Source: Candidatus Latescibacterota bacterium (GTDB taxonomy: Bacteria; Latescibacterota; UBA2968). Taken from it: DNA of 64,000 bases. The translations under genes and the position numbers were made by a program. The notes under the pieces were generated by a model. It had not been told where the DNA came from and did no database searches. It saw only the letters and a program-made list of their open reading frames with translations. Positions 1 through 9,228 of the stretch are shown here, piece by piece. Each line of letters opens with the position of its first letter. Within the stretch, counting starts at the first letter, position 1. The stretch lies in NCBI GenBank assembly GCA_965222605.1, contig OZ244960.1, positions 2,048,001 through 2,112,000 on the forward strand. The letters run 5' to 3'.

Positions 1-1
1 C

Positions 2-1618
2 AATATTGCACATGTCTATGCTGTATCTGCTACAGCCATTCTCATTTTTTTAATTGCGGGCATCAACTTCATCAATTTGACTACAGCCCGATCAGCTAAC
101 CGGGCACGTGAGGTGGGATTGCGAAAAGTGGTCGGCGCACAGCGGGGACAACTCGCTTTGCAATTTCTGATTGAGTCAGTGATTTTCTCTGCATTGAGTT
201 TGATTGTGGGTTTAGTTATTGCTTCTAATTGCTTACCACATTTCAACGATTATACGGGCAATTTTTTGACATTGGATATCACGAGCAATATGGTGCTCGC
301 TCTGGTTGGATTGTCATTGATGACAGGACTTCTTACGGGGCTTTACCCAGCATTTTTTTTATCGCGGTTTCGGCCTGTTGAAGTGCTCAAGGGCACACTC
401 GCAGCAGGTGCTCGCGGTGGGTTATTGCGCAAAGTACTGGTGGTTTTTCAGTTTAGCACATCTATTGCGCTGATTGTGATCACATTGGTTGTGTTTAATC
501 AAATGTCGTATATCCAGAATAAAGACCTGGGATTTGACAAAGAGTATGTTATTGAGTCTCGTCTTTTGTGGGAATCTCGCAACTCTCGTTTGCGTGAAGA
601 TCGCTTGTGGGAGCGGTACAATGTTGTCAAAGATGCGTTTTTGCAGCATCCCAATATTACGGCTGCAACGATTTCGCGTTCTTCACACGGACGCACTGCG
701 CCACAAGCGACTTTTAGTGCTTATGAACCGGGCAAAGAAGAATTGCGTATAGGCAGGAATGAAGTGGATGAAGATTTCCTGAGTTTTTTCAATATTGAAC
801 TTGTTGCGGGCCGAGACTTTTCAGAAGACGCAGCGAAAAGGTATGATTCGGAATCGTTTGTGCCCCGAGATCAGTTGGATCAACTAAAAGTTCACGGTCA
901 GGCAGAATACATTCTCAATGAAACCGCTGTTAAAATGTTGGGTTGGACAGACCCCATTGGCAAACCATTTGGTGTGAAGGGGCGAAGACCAGGGCGTGTT
1001 GTAGGCGTGGTTAAAGATTTTCACTCGCGCACATTGCACGAGCCACTGGGCCCCATGGTTTTATATGCGAATAACGCGGTACCCAAGACACTTTACCTGA
1101 AGATAAGCCCTCAAAATCTCGATGAAACCATTGCACACATGGAAAAGGTATGGAAACATTTTTTGCCGATTCGCCCTTTTGCTTACACGTTTATGGATGA
1201 CAATCTGAATCAGCGCTATACACAAGAGCGACAGTTGAGCCACACAGTGAGCGTCTTTGCTGCTCTGGCTATTTTTGTTGCGTGTCTGGGGCTATTGGGG
1301 CTGGTTTCATTTTTGACCGAACTGCGCAAAAAGGAAGTAGGCATTCGGAAGGTGTTGGGTGCATCTGCAGGTCTTGTCGTAGGACTGTTTTTAAAAGAGT
1401 TTATTCGTTTGGTAATCGTGTCATGTTTATTGGCATGGCCGATTGCCTATTGGGCAACCAATGAATGGTTACAGAATTTTGCCTATCGCATTGAGACTTC
1501 GGTACTGCCGTTTTTAATTGGTGGTGCGTTTATGGTTTGCTTGACAACAATAACAGTAGCGTATAAGGTGATCAAAACAGCCCAGGCAAATCCAATAGAA
1601 GTCTTGCGGCATGAATGA
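2..1618 (+). CDS. MacB/FtsX-family ABC permease (5' partial, begins before the window)
   Basis: Frame is open from base 2; INFINLTTARSANRAREVGLRKVVGA, VFQFS, GVVKDFH, EVGIRKVLGAS, C-terminal NPIEVLRHE. Confidence 0.92.
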   Translation, partial: NIAHVYAVSATAILIFLIAGINFINLTTARSANRAREVGLRKVVGAQRGQLALQFLIESVIFSALSLIVGLVIASNCLPHFNDYTGNFLTLDITSNMVLALVGLSLMTGLLTGLYPAFFLSRFRPVEVLKGTLAAGARGGLLRKVLVVFQFSTSIALIVITLVVFNQMSYIQNKDLGFDKEYVIESRLLWESRNSRLREDRLWERYNVVKDAFLQHPNITAATISRSSHGRTAPQATFSAYEPGKEELRIGRNEVDEDFLSFFNIELVAGRDFSEDAAKRYDSESFVPRDQLDQLKVHGQAEYILNETAVKMLGWTDPIGKPFGVKGRRPGRVVGVVKDFHSRTLHEPLGPMVLYANNAVPKTLYLKISPQNLDETIAHMEKVWKHFLPIRPFAYTFMDDNLNQRYTQERQLSHTVSVFAALAIFVACLGLLGLVSFLTELRKKEVGIRKVLGASAGLVVGLFLKEFIRLVIVSCLLAWPIAYWATNEWLQNFAYRIETSVLPFLIGGAFMVCLTTITVAYKVIKTAQANPIEVLRHE

Positions 1619-1621
1619 TTA

Positions 1622-1765
1622 AATGGGATTTAACGAATATTTTGTTTCAATGAAAAAGGAACTGAAACAAGAGTAACTCACAAGCCACGCCTATCTTCTG
1701 TGAAATACAGCATTCTTTACTGATGAGAGGAAAAACAAACATGTGGACGCCGGTTGAGACTCAAT
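1622..1765 (+). repeat. Diverged direct repeat (~145 bp) of 7619-7763: GNAT 3' end, intergenic region and start of the next ORF
   Basis: Both copies share aaaaaggaactgaaacaagagtaactcacaagcc and aaacaaacatgtggacgccggttgagactcaatt. Confidence 0.9.
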
Positions 1766-1819
1766 TGATTTGTCAACTAAAACGAGGTAACTCCATCACA
1801 TCACTCTGGTTGTTTTATT

Positions 1820-4216
1820 TTATTCGTACCGAAGCGCATCCACAGGGTTTGAACGCGCAGCTTTCAAAACGTGATAGCTCACCGTTAAAAGGGTAAGAAA
1901 GAGAGTCAGAAAGCCACTAATAGCGAACGCCCAAATTGGAAAAGATATATGGTATGCAAAATCGTTTAACCATTGCCCCACAGCATAATAGGCAATTGGC
2001 CATACACAGAGATTAGCCACCACAACCAACTTTATATACCCTCTAAAAAATAAAAAAACAACGTTCCAAATTGATGCTCCAAGAACTCTACGGATCCCTA
2101 TCTCTTTTATGCGTTTGTTCATAGCTAAAGCTGCAAGGCTAAAAATTCCAATACAGGCAATAAATATTGAAAATATAGAACCTGATCTACTTATCCTTTC
2201 CCAGCGTTCTTCCGCTCGATATTGGTTACCCAGGTCCTCGTCAAGAAAAGAGAATTGAAACAGAAGATGCGGATTTAATTCTGTCCACTTTTTTTTTAAT
2301 AGATTCAAAGTATGTTGAACTTCTACAGGACTTATCCGCACATAAATATATTGGTATCTGTCGGGACGATCCAACTCGAACACAGCAGGCTCAATCTGAT
2401 GGTGTAGAGATCGAGAATGGAAGTCTTTGACAACACCCACAATTTGTCTATTTCTAAATTCTGGAAGCATTTTGCCTATGGGCGATGTCCATCCAAACTC
2501 TCTAACCAATGCCTCGTTTACAATAATACTGCCATGCAAATCTGAATTCGAATCCTGGATAAATCCTCTTCCTTCACTTAATTTTATCCCAAGCGTTTCA
2601 ATAAAATTGGGAGCAACATCGAAAAATTGAACCTCAATCACAGAACCCTTGCACTTAACGCTCGTCGTCCAAATCAATCCCCCAAAGTGTACAAAAGATG
2701 CCGTAATACCCAGGACACTGGGATAACGGGATAATTCAGATTTATAAACTGTATAAAGATCTGACCTTTGCTCCTTATCTGGTTGGGATGCATCAATGAC
2801 TACGACTTGTTCGTCTTGAAAACCTCGATCTTTTGTTTTCAAATAATCTATCTGTTTAAAGGTGACAATCGCAAAAATGATTAGAAAAATTGATACCGAA
2901 AATTGAGTGGCTATCAGAGCTTTACTGAAAAAATTAGAGCCGCCAAGTTTTAAATTCCCTTTGAGCGTGTTAATTGGAGAATAGCCAGACAAAACGATCG
3001 AAGGGTAACTGCCGGCAATGATTCCAACAAGAATAGATAGCACAACGAGAGCAACAATCACTTCACTGCCATAGTCTAAGACCAGCTCTTTATTGGCGAC
3101 ACTGTTAAAAAGAGGTAGAGCAAGTTCCGCGAATGCGATTCCGACAAATAGCCCAATAAGACTTAATAACAGTGCCTCGCCCCAAAATTGTTGCATAAGT
3201 TGCAATCTCTCTGCTCCTACAATCTTACGTACACCTATTTCTTTAATACGAGTAGAGGCTAAAGCCATAGAAATATTGGCAAAATTGATACAGGCAACCA
3301 ATAGAACACCAAGAGCGATTCCAAGAACTACAAATGAGAATATTCTGTCTCCTATTGGCAATAATCCGCCAAGGATATCTGCATTCAAGTGAACATCGTA
3401 AAGAGGCTGTAAATCCAATTGAAGCGCATCATCGCTTAAAGCCAGCGCATCGTATTCTTGGTATTTTTGAATAGTTGATTGATAGTATTTTTGTATGAAC
3501 TCGGGAAATTTTGGGATGAGTTTCAAAGCATCGGCATTTTCCGATAGCAGTACATATGATATGACTCTGGAACTTCCCCATAGGTCAGCATACCTCTCAT
3601 AATTTGGTTGCATTTCAAATGGCAAAAGAAAATCAAATTTTAAGCTCGAATTCTCAGGTGTCTCCGATACGACACCTTTTATTACAAAATCGATATACTC
3701 TGCGTTTATCCTCACAGCGAGCGTCTTATCAATCGGATTTTCTCGATCAAAATACTTATGAGCCATCCTTTGACTGATTACTATTGATGCTCTATTATGG
3801 AGGGCTGTTTTGTCTCCATCCAAAAGGGGAAATGAAAAAACTTCAAAAACATCAGGACCTGCAAAGAGCATATTTTCGACAAACATTTTGTCTTTATATT
3901 TTACAACACATTTTTTTTCTCTAAATCTCACGACTTTTTCTATTTCGAGAAAATCGCGCTTTAATGCAGCAGCCAAGGGCGTTGGAACGCGTGCAGAATT
4001 TCTTATCTCTCCATTAGGGTTCTTTCTGATCTCATAGATACGATAAATTCGATCCAGATTCTCGTGGAATGTATCGTATGTCCACTCGTTGTGAATGTAA
4101 CGAAGGGTCAAAATGCAAAAGGCAATCCCTATGGCCAGGCCGAGGATATTAGTGAAGGAATAGACTTTTTGTCTCCAAAGATGACGAAGTGCAACTACCA
4201 GATAATTCTTGAGCAT
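1820..4216 (-). CDS. MacB/FtsX-family ABC permease
   Basis: MLKNYLVVALRHL start with GGGAG RBS; LQPLYDVHL, EIGVRKIVGA, GVVKDFH, NPVDALRYE. Confidence 0.92.
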   Translation of the reverse strand: MLKNYLVVALRHLWRQKVYSFTNILGLAIGIAFCILTLRYIHNEWTYDTFHENLDRIYRIYEIRKNPNGEIRNSARVPTPLAAALKRDFLEIEKVVRFREKKCVVKYKDKMFVENMLFAGPDVFEVFSFPLLDGDKTALHNRASIVISQRMAHKYFDRENPIDKTLAVRINAEYIDFVIKGVVSETPENSSLKFDFLLPFEMQPNYERYADLWGSSRVISYVLLSENADALKLIPKFPEFIQKYYQSTIQKYQEYDALALSDDALQLDLQPLYDVHLNADILGGLLPIGDRIFSFVVLGIALGVLLVACINFANISMALASTRIKEIGVRKIVGAERLQLMQQFWGEALLLSLIGLFVGIAFAELALPLFNSVANKELVLDYGSEVIVALVVLSILVGIIAGSYPSIVLSGYSPINTLKGNLKLGGSNFFSKALIATQFSVSIFLIIFAIVTFKQIDYLKTKDRGFQDEQVVVIDASQPDKEQRSDLYTVYKSELSRYPSVLGITASFVHFGGLIWTTSVKCKGSVIEVQFFDVAPNFIETLGIKLSEGRGFIQDSNSDLHGSIIVNEALVREFGWTSPIGKMLPEFRNRQIVGVVKDFHSRSLHHQIEPAVFELDRPDRYQYIYVRISPVEVQHTLNLLKKKWTELNPHLLFQFSFLDEDLGNQYRAEERWERISRSGSIFSIFIACIGIFSLAALAMNKRIKEIGIRRVLGASIWNVVFLFFRGYIKLVVVANLCVWPIAYYAVGQWLNDFAYHISFPIWAFAISGFLTLFLTLLTVSYHVLKAARSNPVDALRYE

Positions 4217-4308
4217 AATCAACTCCCTATATGTATCAGTAATATCTACAATAAAGACACTCACAGAATGCTAAAAGTGTCGGTTTGTACCTCGATATAG
4301 TAAATTTT

Positions 4309-4339
4309 AAAAGGACCGGACGACCCGGTCCCTTTTTTT
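4309..4339. terminator. Rho-independent terminator-like hairpin
   Basis: aaaaggaccgg-acgac-ccggtcc-cttttttt, with A and T tracts on either side. Confidence 0.6.
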
Positions 4340-4386
4340 AAAACCGTGTAATTTCTGTACTCACCCACAACTTTTGAATGCTCCTA

Positions 4387-4505
4387 AGTGTTCATTTTCG
4401 GACACCACTGTATCAAAATCGGACACTTTTTAAGACGTCAATTTCAGGTAATTTTCGTAACCTGTTGTTATATCAACATTTGACTTTTTTGGCATAATTT
4501 TTGCT
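4387..4505 (+). promoter_or_regulatory. Sigma54 promoter with upstream enhancer-like sites (copy 1)
   Basis: TGGCAT-N5-TTGCT at 4490-4505 fits the -24/-12 consensus; tandem TGT-N10/11-ACA sites ending in CGGACAC upstream; diverged copy at 9058-9176. Confidence 0.75.
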
Positions 4506-4593
4506 CAATATTTGTTTAAGATGGGAACTGGTCTCATATTGCGTGGATGTGGCACTAAGGGCTTTCCAGTGATCTGTCAACGGAGGTCTCTCC

Positions 4594-6981
4594 ATGTGGA
4601 AAAATTATCTCACCATAATCATTCGAAACATTCGCAATCACAAACTTTATTCATTGATTAACATAGTAGGATTAGCGGTGGGTCTGACGAGTTGTGGCCT
4701 AATCCTCCTATGGATACAGCATGAGACAAAATATGATCAACACCATCTCAACGGCGACCACATTTACAGGGTATTGAGACAGGTTAAAAATAAAACGTCT
4801 GGGGATTCCTACTTCAATTATGGCACCCTGGGACCTGTAGGCCCTGCTCTAAAAGCCGACTTTCCTGAAATCGAAGCGATGACCCGAATATTTACCCGTA
4901 ATGCGTGGATTCGGTACAAAGATAAGGGATTCCAAGAGAACTTCTGTGTTGCCGATGGTAGTTTTTTCGATGTATTCACATTTCCTTTACTAAAGGGCGA
5001 TCATCAGGCACTACTGAAACATCCTGCTTCTGTGGTTATTACGGAAACGGTTGCACGAAAGTATTTTGGTAATGAAAATCCTGTCGGCAAGGTTGTTACT
5101 GTAGAAAGTCGTTATACGGGGGGTGATTATGAAATTGTAGGCATCTTGAAAGATTTGCCGAGTCAATCAACACTCCAATTCGACATACTGACGTTTACTA
5201 TTCCTTCTTTACCACTGATGCATGCGGTTTGGGAAAGATGGCGTAAATCTTCTTTTCGTCCTGTCCAAACTTATCTATTGCTTTCTGAAGGCACTTCCTC
5301 TGCTGATTTAGAGCGTAAACTACCGGACTTTACCACCCGCTACTTTGATCTTGAAACGCGTGCGAACACAACGTATCACCTGCAACCTTTTCGCCGGATC
5401 TATCTCTACTCACGTTCAGACTACGGTATAGCAGGTGGTGGAGACATTACATATATCTATTTATTTTCTGCGATCGGTACTCTGATTCTTCTGATCGCTT
5501 GTGCGAACTTTATGAATTTGGCAACAGCGCGTTCAGCCAAAAGAGCAAGAGAAGTGGGCATTCGCAAGACCGTCGGCGCACACAAACTTCAATTAATCAA
5601 CCAATTCTTCAGTGAATCGCTATTCATATCACTCCTGTCTTTGCTATTTTCAATTTCACTGATTGAGCTTGTCCTGCCAACATTCGAACAATTTGTGGGC
5701 ATAGACTTGCGTTTTGGCGTCTCTGATCTCTTCTTAATGATCGCTCTTACCGTACTGATGGGATTACTCGCAGGAAGCTATCCCGCTTTCTTTTTGTCGA
5801 GTTTTCAACCTGTACAGGTATTAAGCGGCAAGCACTCAAACGCCTTAAAAGGTGTTCGCATACGAGAGGTCCTGATCGTCTTTCAGTTCTGTGTGTCTAT
5901 CGCCCTCATAATTTGCACTGGTGTAGTCTATCAGCAACTGAATTACATAAAAAATAAAAAACTTGGCTTCAACAAAGAGATGGTGGTCATGATGCCGCTA
6001 TTTGCAACAGACCGCTCCCTCACAAGTAAGTATAAATTGATCAAACAGGAATTTCTCAAACATCCCAATATTCACCGTGCAACCGCATCTCAAATCACAC
6101 TCTGGTATGACGGAGGACGTGAGCTTGTCATTCCAGAAGGAATGGATGGCGAAGAGGTCAGAATGAGGCATCTGGTAGTAGATGAAGACTTTTTGGACAC
6201 ATTCGAAATCGATGTGATAGCCGGAAGAAATCTGAATAAAGATATTGCAAGCGACTCTTTCGAAGCATTTATTCTCAACGAGACGGCTGTTAAACAACTC
6301 GGATGGAAAGATCCTGTTGGAAAGCAATTTACCTGGCCTCTTAATAATCGTCGCGGAACAGTAATCGGGGTCGTGCGCGATTTTCATCTGCTGTCTCTCC
6401 ACGAAGAAATAGAGCCAATTTTCATTTGCAAGTGGCAGACACAATGGAATTGGCTATCAGTCAAAATTGGACGAGAGAACATATCATCAACAATAGATTT
6501 CATGGAGTCAAAGTGGAAGCAATTCATTCCAAACCGGCCTTTTGACAGCTCATTTCTAAGCGAAAATCTTGAAAGATCTTATCTAAAGGAAATCGAGATC
6601 TTCAGTGTCCTCGAAATCTTCACGCTTCTCGCTTTTTTTGTCGCTTGTATGGGATTATTTGGCCTTGCAAATTTCAGTGTCGAACAAAGAATCAAAGAAA
6701 TTGGCATCCGCAAAGTACTGGGTGCAAACCTTGTAGATATTTTTACATTACTTTCAAAAGAATTCCTGAAGTTAATCGCAGTTGCTTATGTCTTGGCTCT
6801 TCCCCTCGCCTATTATGCCGGGGAAGAATGGCTACAAAATTTTGCATACCGAATAAATCAGAGCATCCTTGTTTTTATTATAGGAGCAGTCTCGGGCATC
6901 ATTGTCACCCTATCAATCGTAGGCTATCAGGCTGGCAAAGCCTGGTCTGAAGACCCGGTTAAAATGCTCCGGCAAGAATAA
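4594..6981 (+). CDS. MacB/FtsX-family ABC permease
   Basis: MWKNYLTIIIRNI, NFMNLATARSAKRAREVGIRK, FQFCVS, DPVKMLRQE. Confidence 0.93.
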   Translation: MWKNYLTIIIRNIRNHKLYSLINIVGLAVGLTSCGLILLWIQHETKYDQHHLNGDHIYRVLRQVKNKTSGDSYFNYGTLGPVGPALKADFPEIEAMTRIFTRNAWIRYKDKGFQENFCVADGSFFDVFTFPLLKGDHQALLKHPASVVITETVARKYFGNENPVGKVVTVESRYTGGDYEIVGILKDLPSQSTLQFDILTFTIPSLPLMHAVWERWRKSSFRPVQTYLLLSEGTSSADLERKLPDFTTRYFDLETRANTTYHLQPFRRIYLYSRSDYGIAGGGDITYIYLFSAIGTLILLIACANFMNLATARSAKRAREVGIRKTVGAHKLQLINQFFSESLFISLLSLLFSISLIELVLPTFEQFVGIDLRFGVSDLFLMIALTVLMGLLAGSYPAFFLSSFQPVQVLSGKHSNALKGVRIREVLIVFQFCVSIALIICTGVVYQQLNYIKNKKLGFNKEMVVMMPLFATDRSLTSKYKLIKQEFLKHPNIHRATASQITLWYDGGRELVIPEGMDGEEVRMRHLVVDEDFLDTFEIDVIAGRNLNKDIASDSFEAFILNETAVKQLGWKDPVGKQFTWPLNNRRGTVIGVVRDFHLLSLHEEIEPIFICKWQTQWNWLSVKIGRENISSTIDFMESKWKQFIPNRPFDSSFLSENLERSYLKEIEIFSVLEIFTLLAFFVACMGLFGLANFSVEQRIKEIGIRKVLGANLVDIFTLLSKEFLKLIAVAYVLALPLAYYAGEEWLQNFAYRINQSILVFIIGAVSGIIVTLSIVGYQAGKAWSEDPVKMLRQE

Positions 6982-7019
6982 ACGACTCCCCACAACATTA
7001 TTCTATTCGATGATCTCAA

Positions 7020-7673
7020 ATGTCTCTCGTTAAAAATCAGGATATTCGCATCTTTTATGAAGTTGTAGGGCAAGGGCAACCTCTCGTTCTATTGCATGGA
7101 TTTGCTGGCAATTCAAAAGACTGGAAAAGAAACGGTTATGTTGAAAAATTAAGCGATGATTACCAGCTCATTCTCATTGATGAAAGAGGACATGGCCTAA
7201 GCGATAAGCCGCATGATCCGGCAGCCTATGAAATAGAAAAGAGAGCTTCTGATCCTCAGTTGGCCAGAATGAATAGCTGTCTCGTGGATGATCAGGGTAG
7301 CGAGAATCCGTTTTCATTGACAGAATATGAGGACCGGTTTCGCGAGTGGTTAAATACCAATATATGGACGGTAGATGTATTTCTACATGATGGACAGATA
7401 ATAGGCTATTCTGTCTATCAAGAGCGTACTGACTACTATGATCCAAATGAGACGGTAATTTATATCCGACAGTATTACATTAAACGCTCTCATCGTCGGC
7501 TTGGCCTGGGTAAAGCGGCCTTCCAGATTTTGATAGACACGCGTTTTCCAAAGGGCGTTCAATCCATAGCTCTCCATGTCATGGCAACTAACTCAGTAGG
7601 CCAGAATTTTTGGAGAAAGATGGGCTTTAACGAATATTTTATTTTGATAAAAAAGGAACTGAAACAAGAGTAA
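7020..7673 (+). CDS. Chimera of a truncated alpha/beta-hydrolase N-terminus and a GNAT acetyltransferase
   Basis: PLVLLHGF and DERGHGLSDKP but no GxSxG; then the GNAT motifs HRRLGLGK and NSVGQNFWRKMGF. Confidence 0.75.
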   Translation: MSLVKNQDIRIFYEVVGQGQPLVLLHGFAGNSKDWKRNGYVEKLSDDYQLILIDERGHGLSDKPHDPAAYEIEKRASDPQLARMNSCLVDDQGSENPFSLTEYEDRFREWLNTNIWTVDVFLHDGQIIGYSVYQERTDYYDPNETVIYIRQYYIKRSHRRLGLGKAAFQILIDTRFPKGVQSIALHVMATNSVGQNFWRKMGFNEYFILIKKELKQE

Positions 7674-7738
7674 CTCACAAGCCGCGCCTATATTCCGTGA
7701 AATACTGCATTCTTTACTGATGAAAGGAAAAAACAAAC

Positions 7739-8326
7739 ATGTGGACGCCGGTTGAGACTCAATTTGACGCCAAACAGAAGCCCATTGGCATAATATGCAT
7801 CGGAGACTTTCAGGAAGCTCATACAATCCGAACGTTTGCTGAAGAACTAAACCTGGCAGTCAGATTCTATAAAATCGGAACACCGGGCGATTTTTTGAAG
7901 GTCATCAGTCAAGAATCTGAATTGCCTCCCTGCATCATTATCTGCGGTCACGGAGATGAGAATGGGATTGTCTTTGGCGACTATATGGAGGGCATTGATA
8001 CATCAATACTAAAGGACGAGAGCATGCCTCCAGAGTGTATTGAAGAACATGCAAATCTAACTGATCGAATTTTTGTGAATACGTGTTGTGTAGGCGGGAC
8101 AGACGCAATGGCAAGCGCATTTTTGAAGAGTAATCCGAGATGCTACATTGGATCTTTGGATTATCAAAATGCCGTGTCAACGTCCATCTTCTTGACATTA
8201 TTTCTGGATCAGTTATTGCGGAAAAATAAGCCAGTGCAGGAAGCGTGGAATCGGGCAGCCTCTTATGATGGTGAAACACGTCACTTTGCTTTTTATGATT
8301 CCAATGGACGTCAAAAAATCGAATAG
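7739..8326 (+). CDS. Hypothetical protein with a caspase/CHAT-like His-Cys dyad
   Basis: IIICGHG and FVNTCC motifs followed by AMASAFL..YIG. Confidence 0.55.
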   Translation: MWTPVETQFDAKQKPIGIICIGDFQEAHTIRTFAEELNLAVRFYKIGTPGDFLKVISQESELPPCIIICGHGDENGIVFGDYMEGIDTSILKDESMPPECIEEHANLTDRIFVNTCCVGGTDAMASAFLKSNPRCYIGSLDYQNAVSTSIFLTLFLDQLLRKNKPVQEAWNRAASYDGETRHFAFYDSNGRQKIE

Positions 8327-8350
8327 GTCTCATATTGCGTGGCCCTGGCA

Positions 8351-9043
8351 CTAAGGAATTTCTAATATTGCGGGTAGGTCAGTCAATGAACTGATTTCGT
8401 AATCAGCTTTAATCCCAGTGTCATTTGTCAGACCTTCGCGATTTAGCCAAACCGTATGCGCTCCGGATGCACCCGCCCCTGCAACATCTTGTTCCAGGGA
8501 ATCTCCGACGTGTAATAACTGCTCCAGCGAGCAATACGCCCTTTGTGCAGCGATCTGAAAAATTCTTCGATCAGGCTTCGCAACACGCACATCCTGAGCA
8601 AGGACAACAAAGTCAAAACGTCTTGCAAGTCCACAGCGTTCCGGGTAACTATTCCCGTTTGATAAAAGTCCGATCTTGAAATGAGGGGCCAAAATATCAA
8701 GCGCAGGTACAACATCCTTATACAACTCAATATCTTCGAAACGATGCTTTAGATAGATTTTATTGAGATGCATGGCCAGGTCACTGTCCGGATATCCAAC
8801 ATATTCAAGCGTTCTCTCAAATGCCAGCCGTCTGATTTCCTCGAGATTCCAGACCTCGCCTTTCACCTCCTCAGCAAGCCGATTGCGAATCACAATCATA
8901 TCCTCAACAGTAAGGTCTAAAGCGCGTTGGGTCGAAACATGCCTGCACAATTCCCTCAATGTATGCGTTAACGAATGTCGCATGACCTTATAAAAGTCCC
9001 ACAAGGTCATATCACCATCAAAAGAAATCGCTGAAATTCGCAA
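8351..9043 (-). CDS. HAD-superfamily hydrolase
   Basis: FDGDMTL, SNG, KPD, HVGDSLEQDVAGA. Confidence 0.9.
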   Translation of the reverse strand: MRISAISFDGDMTLWDFYKVMRHSLTHTLRELCRHVSTQRALDLTVEDMIVIRNRLAEEVKGEVWNLEEIRRLAFERTLEYVGYPDSDLAMHLNKIYLKHRFEDIELYKDVVPALDILAPHFKIGLLSNGNSYPERCGLARRFDFVVLAQDVRVAKPDRRIFQIAAQRAYCSLEQLLHVGDSLEQDVAGAGASGAHTVWLNREGLTNDTGIKADYEISSLTDLPAILEIP

Positions 9044-9057
9044 GATCTCCTCCTCTC

Positions 9058-9176
9058 AGTGTTCATTTTCGGACACCACTGTATCAAAATCGGACACTTT
9101 TTAAGATGCCAATTTCGGGTGATTTTTCGTAACCTGTTGTTATATCAATATTTGGCTTTTTGGCACAGTTTTTGCA
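9058..9176 (+). promoter_or_regulatory. Sigma54 promoter with upstream enhancer-like sites (copy 2)
   Basis: Perfect TGGCAC-N5-TTGCA at 9161-9176; same upstream CGGACAC tandem sites as 4387-4505. Confidence 0.8.
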
Positions 9177-9228
9177 GTAAAAATGAGGACTCCTGATACT
9201 ACTGTAATTGCCTATATGGAAAATAGAA

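Noticed and set aside
1622-7763. DGR or att-site reading of the 145-bp repeat
   Set aside because: Substitutions are mixed and include an indel; no RT or integrase nearby
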